Assembly: GCA_016432405.1 (NCBI GenBank)
Contig: CP066687.1
Location: 219,040-283,039 of the forward strand
From: Candidatus Giovannonibacteria bacterium
GTDB lineage: Bacteria > Patescibacteriota > Minisyncoccia > UBA11713 > 2-01-FULL-45-33
Length of the DNA stretch: 64,000 nucleotides
Reading direction: 5' to 3'
The notes under the pieces were generated by a model that made no database searches, was not told where the DNA came from, and was given only the letters and a program-made list of their open reading frames with translations. Shown here in pieces: positions 55,631-62,774 of this stretch; position 1 is the stretch's first letter; every line of letters begins with the position of its first letter. The position numbers and the translations under genes were made by a program.

Positions 55631-57085
55631 ATGAGGATATTTTTAATGTCATGGTCGGGCAAGGAAGTCGGGATGATAGAAATCGTAAAGCGGCTCAAAG
55701 AAGGTGGCCACGAAATTGTTTATTGGGTTTGTGATTTTGGCAAAGAGGCGGATTATAAAACTTTTCCAGGCACGATTTTTCACGACCACTACGAAGCAAT
55801 AGCGGGCAAGCCGGCCCCGGGCGTTAACGCCGAAGAGTTCCCTTCGGTCGGACGGGACGCAATCCAGCAATTTTACGCCACCGAGTCGGTTGTTTTAACC
55901 ATGATGAACAAGAGGTTGGGACACTTAGCAATCAACGAGAGGAAGCATTTGTATTATCATATTTTGCAGTACTGGCGCGGAGTATTTGATAAATATAACC
56001 CGGATGCGATTCTTTTTCTTTCCGCGCCGCATGCGCTTTATGATTACATTGTTTACGCGCTGGCTAAAAGCAGAAATGTTAAAACGCTGGTGGTTGAGGT
56101 TTCGGTAGTGAACGATCGGCTGCTGCTTTATGAAGATTTTAAAGACGGGCATCCGTCGCTTAAACCGCAGGTTTGGAAAAATCAATCGGGTAAATTTAGC
56201 GTCGCGAATTTAAGCGAGGATTTGCGGGATTACTATTCTAAACACAGAAAGTTGTCTCAAAGCCCCGAGGACATTTCGGATTTTAGAGATGCGACATATA
56301 AGGAAATTAATGTTTTTTTAAAAGGAAGATTTGGCGCAGCGCATGCCTTTAAAGAACGGCTGCGGCTGATTGTGAATAGCGCCAAAGACCTTTCTTTGCC
56401 TAAAAAATCCATAAGGTTTTTTATCAACAGGCTTGGCCCCAATATGAAAAAAGAATATTTATCAGTTCAATCTCCTCCGGATTTCAGCAGAAATTTTGTT
56501 TATGTTCCGCTTCACACGCAACCAGAGCAAAACACCGTCACCCAGGGAGATGTTTTTGTAGATCAGCTTTTAATGCTGGAAATTTTAGCGGCGTCTTTGC
56601 CGAAGGGTTGGCTAATTTATGTCAAGGAACACCCTTTTCAGTGGTTGCCTCGCGGCCCGGCATTTTTTAACGATCGCCCGCGGGGTTATTATAAATCTAT
56701 TGCTGCCCTGAAAAACGCGAGAATAATGCCGATTGGAACGAACACGTTTGAGCTGATTCATTATGCTAAAGCGGCGGCCGCGGTTACCGGAACCGCCGCG
56801 TGGGAAGCAGTAATGAGGTCAAAACCCGCTTTGCTTTTTGGGCATGTTTGGTTTCAAAATAGCCCCGGGGTTTTTCGGGTGGATAGCGTTGAATCCTGCC
56901 GCCGGGCTTTTGCTGAAATTGAAACTTGGCGCGGATTTGATGAAGCCGAACTAATCAAGTTTTTAACGGCCTTTGATAAAGCCAGTTTTCGCGGCTACAC
57001 CGACCAGGAATACGCAGCATGCAGTGATTTGAGCAGGGAAGAAAATATAAACAATTTTTTACGCGCCATATATGAACAGCTATGA
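55631..57085 (+). CDS. Capsule polysaccharide biosynthesis protein (KpsS-like)
   Basis: YVPLHTQPE, IYVKEHP, VTGTAAWEA and KPALLFG; same family as 30589..32100. Confidence 0.7.
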   Translation: MRIFLMSWSGKEVGMIEIVKRLKEGGHEIVYWVCDFGKEADYKTFPGTIFHDHYEAIAGKPAPGVNAEEFPSVGRDAIQQFYATESVVLTMMNKRLGHLAINERKHLYYHILQYWRGVFDKYNPDAILFLSAPHALYDYIVYALAKSRNVKTLVVEVSVVNDRLLLYEDFKDGHPSLKPQVWKNQSGKFSVANLSEDLRDYYSKHRKLSQSPEDISDFRDATYKEINVFLKGRFGAAHAFKERLRLIVNSAKDLSLPKKSIRFFINRLGPNMKKEYLSVQSPPDFSRNFVYVPLHTQPEQNTVTQGDVFVDQLLMLEILAASLPKGWLIYVKEHPFQWLPRGPAFFNDRPRGYYKSIAALKNARIMPIGTNTFELIHYAKAAAAVTGTAAWEAVMRSKPALLFGHVWFQNSPGVFRVDSVESCRRAFAEIETWRGFDEAELIKFLTAFDKASFRGYTDQEYAACSDLSREENINNFLRAIYEQL

Positions 57086-57086
57086 T

Positions 57087-58667
57087 ATGAACCGGCTTAC
57101 AAGGGCCATCTCCTTATTTCTAATACTGGCTTCGCTTGCGTATCCGATTTTTGTTTTTACTATTTTCCCGAACTGGGTTATTGATGACGCTTTTATCACT
57201 TTTAGATACGCGGAAAATTTGGCGAAGTCCGGTGAATTTACTTGGAACGTCGGCGAGCCGCCGATTGAGGGATATACCGGCGTATTTTTGCCCGCGGCGC
57301 TCGCCGTTTTTATAAAATTTGGTTTTGACCCGATTAACGTAAGCCGCGCCATCGGCGTTTTTTCTTTCTTTTTGGGGTGGCTTATGCTTTTTTTATCGCT
57401 ACGGCTGCTGAAGTCCGATAAATTTGTCCTCGGCATTATATTGCTGCTTTACAGCACGACGCCGATTTTATTTACTCACGCCTCTTCCGGGCTGGAAACA
57501 ATGCTTTTTATCGCTTCTATTTTAGCGTCGTCATATTTCTTACTGCGGTTTTTATTGCGCGGGGAGAGCGCGCCCTTGTTTTTGTCTCTGCTTCTTACAA
57601 GTTTGGTGCGGCCGGAGGGCGTTGCGCTTGCCGGGTTTTTTGCGGCTGCCGCGGCGCTTTATGAATTTAGACAACGGCGCGGAAGTTTAAAAATTTTTAT
57701 AATCGGCTTCGCGATTTTTTACTTTGTGCCCGCGCTTCTTTATTTCCTGTGGCGATTAAATTATTATCATGCCCTCTTGCCGAATACTTATTACGCAAAA
57801 AGCGACGTCGGGTTTAGCGTGGACATTTTAATTGACATTTTCAGGTTTCTGCGCGGAAACTTTGCGCTCCCAATTTTGGCGGGCATAGCGCTCTTACTGC
57901 CGGAAATTGACTGGTTTTGGGCGCGGATAAAAAGTCGCGCGGGAGGGTTTTGGGAATCCAATATTTTATACGTTTTTCTGCCGACCGCGGCTTTCGCGGC
58001 TTTACTTATGCTGTTTTATGCGCGCTCTCACCTTACTACGAATTTCTCCGAGCGTTTTTATACTTCGTTGATGCCGGCAATGTGGCTGGGATTGGCTTTC
58101 GCATTTAATTTTGGTTTTGCGGTTCTTAATTATATTAAAGGCAACAAAAAACTTGGTTATAAGTTGGCAATATTTTTGTTCTTTGCTTTAAGTTCATATC
58201 AAATTTTATTCCATGCGGCGAAACTGAAAAACGAAATAACTTTTGCCAATGATGAAAAAACCGAAAAAGAGAGTCAGCATTATTTAGCTGGCGGGTTTCT
58301 TCAAAAAAATCTGTCGCCGACAGATTGGGTGGTAATTTATTTGGATGCTGGCGCGGTGCCGTATTTTTCTAAAATGAAAGCCGTTGATTTCGGCGCGCTA
58401 AACGACCCTGTTTTGGCGCGCGGCAAGCTGTCGCCCAAAGAGCGCATAGATTATTTTTATTCTAAAAATCCGGCGGCGATTTTTATTACCAGTTCTTCTT
58501 TAGAGAGAGTGGAGTCCGACAAGGAGGCCATGGCGATTGCCGGCGACCCGCGCTTTCAAGGATATGCGCTTGCGCAAAAATACCCATCGCCGTTTGCTTA
58601 CCGTTATCCGGTAATAAACCATCAACTGCTTTTTTTACGAAACGACATATATTCTAAATTAAAATGA
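57087..58667 (+). CDS. GT-C membrane glycosyltransferase (AftB-like family)
   Basis: IDDAFITFRYAENL...WNVGEPPIEGYT, SGLET, RPEG, LPNTYYAK, AGAVPYF and DFGALND. Alternative start 57072. Confidence 0.72.
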   Translation: MNRLTRAISLFLILASLAYPIFVFTIFPNWVIDDAFITFRYAENLAKSGEFTWNVGEPPIEGYTGVFLPAALAVFIKFGFDPINVSRAIGVFSFFLGWLMLFLSLRLLKSDKFVLGIILLLYSTTPILFTHASSGLETMLFIASILASSYFLLRFLLRGESAPLFLSLLLTSLVRPEGVALAGFFAAAAALYEFRQRRGSLKIFIIGFAIFYFVPALLYFLWRLNYYHALLPNTYYAKSDVGFSVDILIDIFRFLRGNFALPILAGIALLLPEIDWFWARIKSRAGGFWESNILYVFLPTAAFAALLMLFYARSHLTTNFSERFYTSLMPAMWLGLAFAFNFGFAVLNYIKGNKKLGYKLAIFLFFALSSYQILFHAAKLKNEITFANDEKTEKESQHYLAGGFLQKNLSPTDWVVIYLDAGAVPYFSKMKAVDFGALNDPVLARGKLSPKERIDYFYSKNPAAIFITSSSLERVESDKEAMAIAGDPRFQGYALAQKYPSPFAYRYPVINHQLLFLRNDIYSKLK

Positions 58668-60016
58668 TTTTAGATGTCATTAAATCGCGGCGCACCCAGC
58701 GGCATTTTTCCGATAAGCCCGTGCCGGAGGAATATGTTGAAAAAATTCTTGAGGCGGCCAGCTGGGCGCCGAGCTCCTGCAATATGCAGCTTCTGGGGCT
58801 GATTCGCGTAACCGACCCGGCGCTCCGCCAAAAACTTGTTTATGAAGCGAAGTCCGCCGGCGAGGCCGCGAGAGCCCCGGTGCTTTTTGTGGCTACTTAC
58901 GATAAAAGATTCAGCCAGGAATACCATTCAAACATCCAATCCGGCGCGGCGGCGATTCAAAATATGGTCCTTACCGCGGAAAGTCTTGGTTTGGGAGCTT
59001 ATTGGGCGGCGAGCGTTGGGAAAGAAGAAATTGTGCGGAGCATTTTTAAAATACCTGAAAGGCGCGAGATTCTTGCTTTGGTTATGTTCGGCTGGCCGGA
59101 CAAAAAGCCGATTCCTCCGCGGCGAAGGCCGCCGGCGGAGTTTGTGCATAATAATTTCTACGACGGCAGCCGCGACCTGCCGCTTTCCGGGGACCCGGAC
59201 GACTGGCCAATTGAGCAGTTGAAAGCATTTCAGGAATTCAGGGTCTGGAGCGGCGCGAAATACCGCCCCTATCTTAGGGAGGAGTTCTCGGCGGTTCTTG
59301 ATTCAATCAAAGCGCACGCGCCCGCTGACGCGAAGGAATGGATTGATTTTTTGCCGTCAACCGGCGCGTATTTGGAGGGCTTGGTCAGGATTTTTCCGCG
59401 CGCGAGATTTAAAATTCTGGAGATTGCCGACCAACTGGCGCGTTTTTCAATAGAAAGAATCGGCGGCGCGGGCAAGCCGGAGAACCCTGTTGATTACGCC
59501 AATTACAATTTTGCGGGCGCGGAAAGCAGAGCCGACGCGGTTTCCTGCCTTTTTCGTTTGGAAGCGTATCCGACCGATTTGCATGAAAAAATACTGGAAG
59601 ATCTGTCGTCTTTGGTAAAGCCGGGCGGTATGCTGATTTTAGGCGTCTGCAACAAATTTTCTTATTTTTTGCCCCTGCACCGCCTCAAGGCGCGCCGCAA
59701 AAAAGAAATTCGTTTTCCGGTGATGACTCCGCAGATGGTGGCGCCATTCAAGCCGGTTGATCCGGACTGGACTTGTGGGATATTAAGGAGAGCTGGGTTC
59801 AGTTTGGAAGCGCGGGAATGTTTGTTTCTTTTTCCGACAATTGAAGAGCTGACTCCTTATTACAGCAAGTCCCCGCCATTGCCGTTTTCATTATTTGTCA
59901 AAGCCGCGAGGATGTTTTCTAAAATGATGCCGCGGCAGGTTTGGAGAAAATACGCGAAGATACAATTATTTTTTTTGAGGAAGGAGAACGATGGACGCCC
60001 CTCTGGGATTTCTTAA
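58664..60016 (+). CDS. Nitroreductase-family domain fused to methyltransferase-like domain
   Basis: IKSRRTQRHF, WAPSSCNMQ, AIQNMVLTAESLGLG; C-terminal LVKPGGMLILG. Confidence 0.72.
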   Translation: MILDVIKSRRTQRHFSDKPVPEEYVEKILEAASWAPSSCNMQLLGLIRVTDPALRQKLVYEAKSAGEAARAPVLFVATYDKRFSQEYHSNIQSGAAAIQNMVLTAESLGLGAYWAASVGKEEIVRSIFKIPERREILALVMFGWPDKKPIPPRRRPPAEFVHNNFYDGSRDLPLSGDPDDWPIEQLKAFQEFRVWSGAKYRPYLREEFSAVLDSIKAHAPADAKEWIDFLPSTGAYLEGLVRIFPRARFKILEIADQLARFSIERIGGAGKPENPVDYANYNFAGAESRADAVSCLFRLEAYPTDLHEKILEDLSSLVKPGGMLILGVCNKFSYFLPLHRLKARRKKEIRFPVMTPQMVAPFKPVDPDWTCGILRRAGFSLEARECLFLFPTIEELTPYYSKSPPLPFSLFVKAARMFSKMMPRQVWRKYAKIQLFFLRKENDGRPSGIS

Positions 60017-61736
60017 AAAAGCGTCCGGCGCACTTTGGGGCGCCTCGGAGAGGAACGGAAATATTTTTTGCGCGAAACACGGAGTTGAACACACCGGAAA
60101 AATCGCTTACGCGGCGATATTGAATTTGGAGCTTTTTGACGCGACAGGCGAAGCGGAATATTTAAAGCGCGCGAGGATTTACGCGGAGTTCGTGTATTCT
60201 AAAATAAAACCCGAGCCCTCGGAAAAATATTGGATAGTCTGGCCCGGGAATTATTCAAGATATAATATGTCCAATTCAAGTTTGGACGCCGGGGCCGGGA
60301 TTGACGCGCTTTCATCTCTTCTGCTTCATCCAAAGAGCGGCCTTTCGGGTGAAACGATAGAAAAATATCGTGACGCCGTGCGGAAAGTCGCCTCCAGCTA
60401 TCTCACGGAAGCGGCTTCAGAAAAGCCGATTACCAACCAGAGATTATGGGCGGGGACGGGGCTCGCCGCCGCTTACGCTTTATTCCGCGAAGACAAGTGG
60501 AAAGACGCCGTTTTAAAAGGCATTGAGCGCGCTCTTCGGGAGCAGTGGGCGGACGGTTTTTTTTCTTACCATCCTTCTCCGGAGAAATCCGGCATGCCGG
60601 ACTCCGCGCGCGACCTCACTTCCTTTTACCATTCCCGGCACATCGGTTTTATATTGTATTCTCTGGCCCGGCTGGGGGTTGATTGGCGCGCGTACGAAGC
60701 AAATTTAAGCAAGGGGATTCGGGCGCTGGTCGCGCTAATCGGCAGAGACGGGCTAAAAAACGTCCGGGCCGAAGCCAAACGCTGGTATTGGCACTCCTTT
60801 TACGAGGTGGCGAGTTATTCTTTTGACCTCTACGCGCTTTTGGTATGGGGCGAACGCGCCGGAGACGAATTGGCAACAGAGTACGCGCGGCTTATGTGGG
60901 AGCGCTTGGAGAGCGAGCAGGCAAAAGACGGCTGGATTTTGGCTTCCAATGCGGGAGAAAATTTTCAATGTAAAATTTTCTGGACTTGCCAAACCGCCTG
61001 GCTTGCGCGCGTGCGGAATTTTGTTCCGCAAAAAACAAATATGCCGCAAGACGAATATACTTACTTCCCTGACGCCGACATTTTGCGCGTCGGGAAGCCG
61101 TCGTATCTTGTAACTCTGCGCGGAAAGACGTTTGCTCCAACAATGAGCTGGGGTTCCGGCTACGGCGGAGGCAATGCGCTTTATTTTGGTAATGCTTCCG
61201 AAGGATTTGCTAATAAATACCCGGCGCGCCATGGAGAGGTGGAGAGCGGCACGGGCTATGGCAGTTGGGTGGCTGCGCCGTCGTCTTTTTCGCTTCGCGC
61301 GCGCATTCAGCGCGCGTTAAAGCTTCTTAAAAACGAGCGGCACGAATTGAAAAGCCACATGTTTTATATGTTTGTTGAGCTCCGCGCCGGAAATATCCGG
61401 GCTTTTGGACACCTCTTCGCTGGACATTTTTTAAAACGCATCTTGTCCGCATTTTCGCCTTTGATTTCCACGGAGTGGAGCAGGGATGTTGCTGCCGACG
61501 TTTCTCCGCGCGCGGCATTTTATAAAGTGGCTCCGGCGGCGCGCGACGGAGAAGTGCGCGACGATTTTATTTTGGAAAGAAAATACATATTCGGGGAAAA
61601 TACGGTCTCCGTCCGCGACCAAGTGACCGTTAAACGGCCGCTTCGTTATCTTGCGCTGGTTGAGGGCGTGGGCGGAGAAACCCGCGTTTTTCATCCGAAG
61701 CAAAACGACACAATTGTCATAGAATATGAACTATGA
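59991..61736 (+). CDS. Hypothetical protein, probable alpha/alpha-barrel carbohydrate-active enzyme
   Basis: 581 aa ORF with repeats such as ATGEAEYLKRA, NQRLW, EQWADGFF and YH, and a beta-rich C-terminus. The fold is a guess. Confidence 0.5.
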   Translation: MDAPLGFLKKASGALWGASERNGNIFCAKHGVEHTGKIAYAAILNLELFDATGEAEYLKRARIYAEFVYSKIKPEPSEKYWIVWPGNYSRYNMSNSSLDAGAGIDALSSLLLHPKSGLSGETIEKYRDAVRKVASSYLTEAASEKPITNQRLWAGTGLAAAYALFREDKWKDAVLKGIERALREQWADGFFSYHPSPEKSGMPDSARDLTSFYHSRHIGFILYSLARLGVDWRAYEANLSKGIRALVALIGRDGLKNVRAEAKRWYWHSFYEVASYSFDLYALLVWGERAGDELATEYARLMWERLESEQAKDGWILASNAGENFQCKIFWTCQTAWLARVRNFVPQKTNMPQDEYTYFPDADILRVGKPSYLVTLRGKTFAPTMSWGSGYGGGNALYFGNASEGFANKYPARHGEVESGTGYGSWVAAPSSFSLRARIQRALKLLKNERHELKSHMFYMFVELRAGNIRAFGHLFAGHFLKRILSAFSPLISTEWSRDVAADVSPRAAFYKVAPAARDGEVRDDFILERKYIFGENTVSVRDQVTVKRPLRYLALVEGVGGETRVFHPKQNDTIVIEYEL

Positions 61737-61737
61737 C

Positions 61738-61762
61738 GCACTTGGAAGTCCGGCTTCCAAGT
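61738..61762 (+). repeat. REP-like palindrome copy 1 (downstream of transposase)
   Basis: GC-ACTTGGAAG-TCCGG-CTTCCAAGT; identical to 62419..62443. Confidence 0.92.
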
Positions 61763-61929
61763 TAATCAAACAATAACGTTTCCAGCTCTTTGTAAAGCTG
61801 TTTACGCGCCAATATGTCTTTGAGCGATTCTTTTGCGAAAGTTTTATACTCCGCAATGTTTCTAAATTGATCTAGGATTATTTTTTTCTCACAAGTCCCT
61901 TTTTGTTTTTCTACATATTCTTCCCAACT

Positions 61930-61956
61930 CGACTTGGAAGCTCGGCTTCCAAGTCG
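61930..61956 (+). repeat. REP-like palindrome copy 2 (inside transposase ORF)
   Basis: CGACTTGGAAG-CTCGG-CTTCCAAGTCG, 11-bp stem; encodes RLGSRASKS. Confidence 0.9.
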
Positions 61957-62207
61957 GTGGATGCGGTCGTTTAAATTTACATAAGCGCTTATATGCAGAA
62001 GATACTCATTGGAGTCAATATGGCGAGATTTAAATTTACCTTGGAACAATACTCCACTGCGGTGATATTTATTATTAAAATAGTTTGTAAAACCAGTGCC
62101 GAGTCTTTGCATAAATTTTTCTACGCCCCTTTCTTCGGTTTGCTGAAGAATAAAATGATAGTGATTTGGATTAAGGCAGTAAGCTACGCAATTTACTAAT
62201 TTGCGTT

Positions 62208-62230
62208 GCTTGGAAGCCGAACTCCCAAGT
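62208..62230 (-). repeat. REP-like palindrome copy 3 (inside transposase ORF, inverted, degenerate)
   Basis: Minus strand ACTTGGGAG-TTCGG-CTTCCAAGC; encodes LGSSASK. Confidence 0.85.
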
Positions 62231-62418
62231 TGATTTTTTACGAAAGAATTCTCATAAATACTGCCTATTGGTTTTAACGTGTTAAATTCCTGCATGCTTT
62301 GCAGAAATCTCTCAAAATCGTATTTATCCAAAAAAATTTTTCGCTTATCGGTTCCGCGATTATAGATGTGATAAAATTCCCCAACGGAGAATACCTCTTT
62401 TCTCATATTGTTATATTA

Positions 62419-62443
62419 GCACTTGGAAGTCCGGCTTCCAAGT
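62419..62443 (+). repeat. REP-like palindrome copy 4 (upstream of transposase)
   Basis: GCACTTGGAAGTCCGGCTTCCAAGT; identical to copy 1. Confidence 0.92.
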
Positions 62444-62472
62444 ATTGCCGGATAGAGTTTTGCCATAATCAC

Positions 62473-62501
62473 TTGACAAAAATCATTGAAAAAGCTAGGG
62501 T
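62473..62501 (+). promoter_or_regulatory. Sigma70-type promoter
   Basis: TTGACA-17 nt-TAGGGT, then an AGGAGG SD. Confidence 0.5.
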
Positions 62502-62521
62502 TACAGAAAGGAGGGGAAATT

Positions 62522-62698
62522 ATGCTTGGTCACATGGAAAAACCGGCAGAAGTTGCTAGGTCCGCGAAAGATGTAGTTTTGGAAGTATTGGATGAGTGGG
62601 ACAAAAAGATCAAGAAGATGGAAGAAGAAAACAATCTCCCCAACCCGACTACTTTGCTGGACTACGTCCGCAAAGACATCGAGAAAGCACTGGCTTAG
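62522..62698 (+). CDS. Small hypothetical protein (58 aa)
   Basis: Own promoter, AGGAGG SD, ATG 62522 and downstream terminator; charged helical sequence. Confidence 0.6.
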   Translation: MLGHMEKPAEVARSAKDVVLEVLDEWDKKIKKMEEENNLPNPTTLLDYVRKDIEKALA

Positions 62699-62709
62699 CC
62701 GCGCGAATG

Positions 62710-62735
62710 GGCCCAATCTTGGGCCTTTTTCTTTT
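62710..62735 (+). terminator. Rho-independent terminator
   Basis: GGCCCAA-TC-TTGGGCC followed by TTTTTCTTTT. Confidence 0.65.
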
Positions 62736-62774
62736 GCCTTGCCGCAGGGTTTGGTTTTAGGTATCATTTAAACC

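Larger units (their letters stand above)
61762..62406 (-). mobile_element. Y1 HUH transposase (RAYT/IS200-like)
   Basis: FYHIYNRG, YCLNPNHYHFIL (HUH), YFNNKYHRSGVLFQGKFKS and AYVNLN (catalytic Tyr region). Confidence 0.88.

Noticed and set aside
59114-59140. GC-rich stem in the nitroreductase gene
   Set aside because: Matches the normal PxxRxP motif of the family; no sign of insertion.
61738-62443. CRISPR array interpretation of the four palindromes
   Set aside because: Spacing is irregular (about 170-250 nt), one copy is inverted, the intervening DNA is a coding gene and no cas genes are present.
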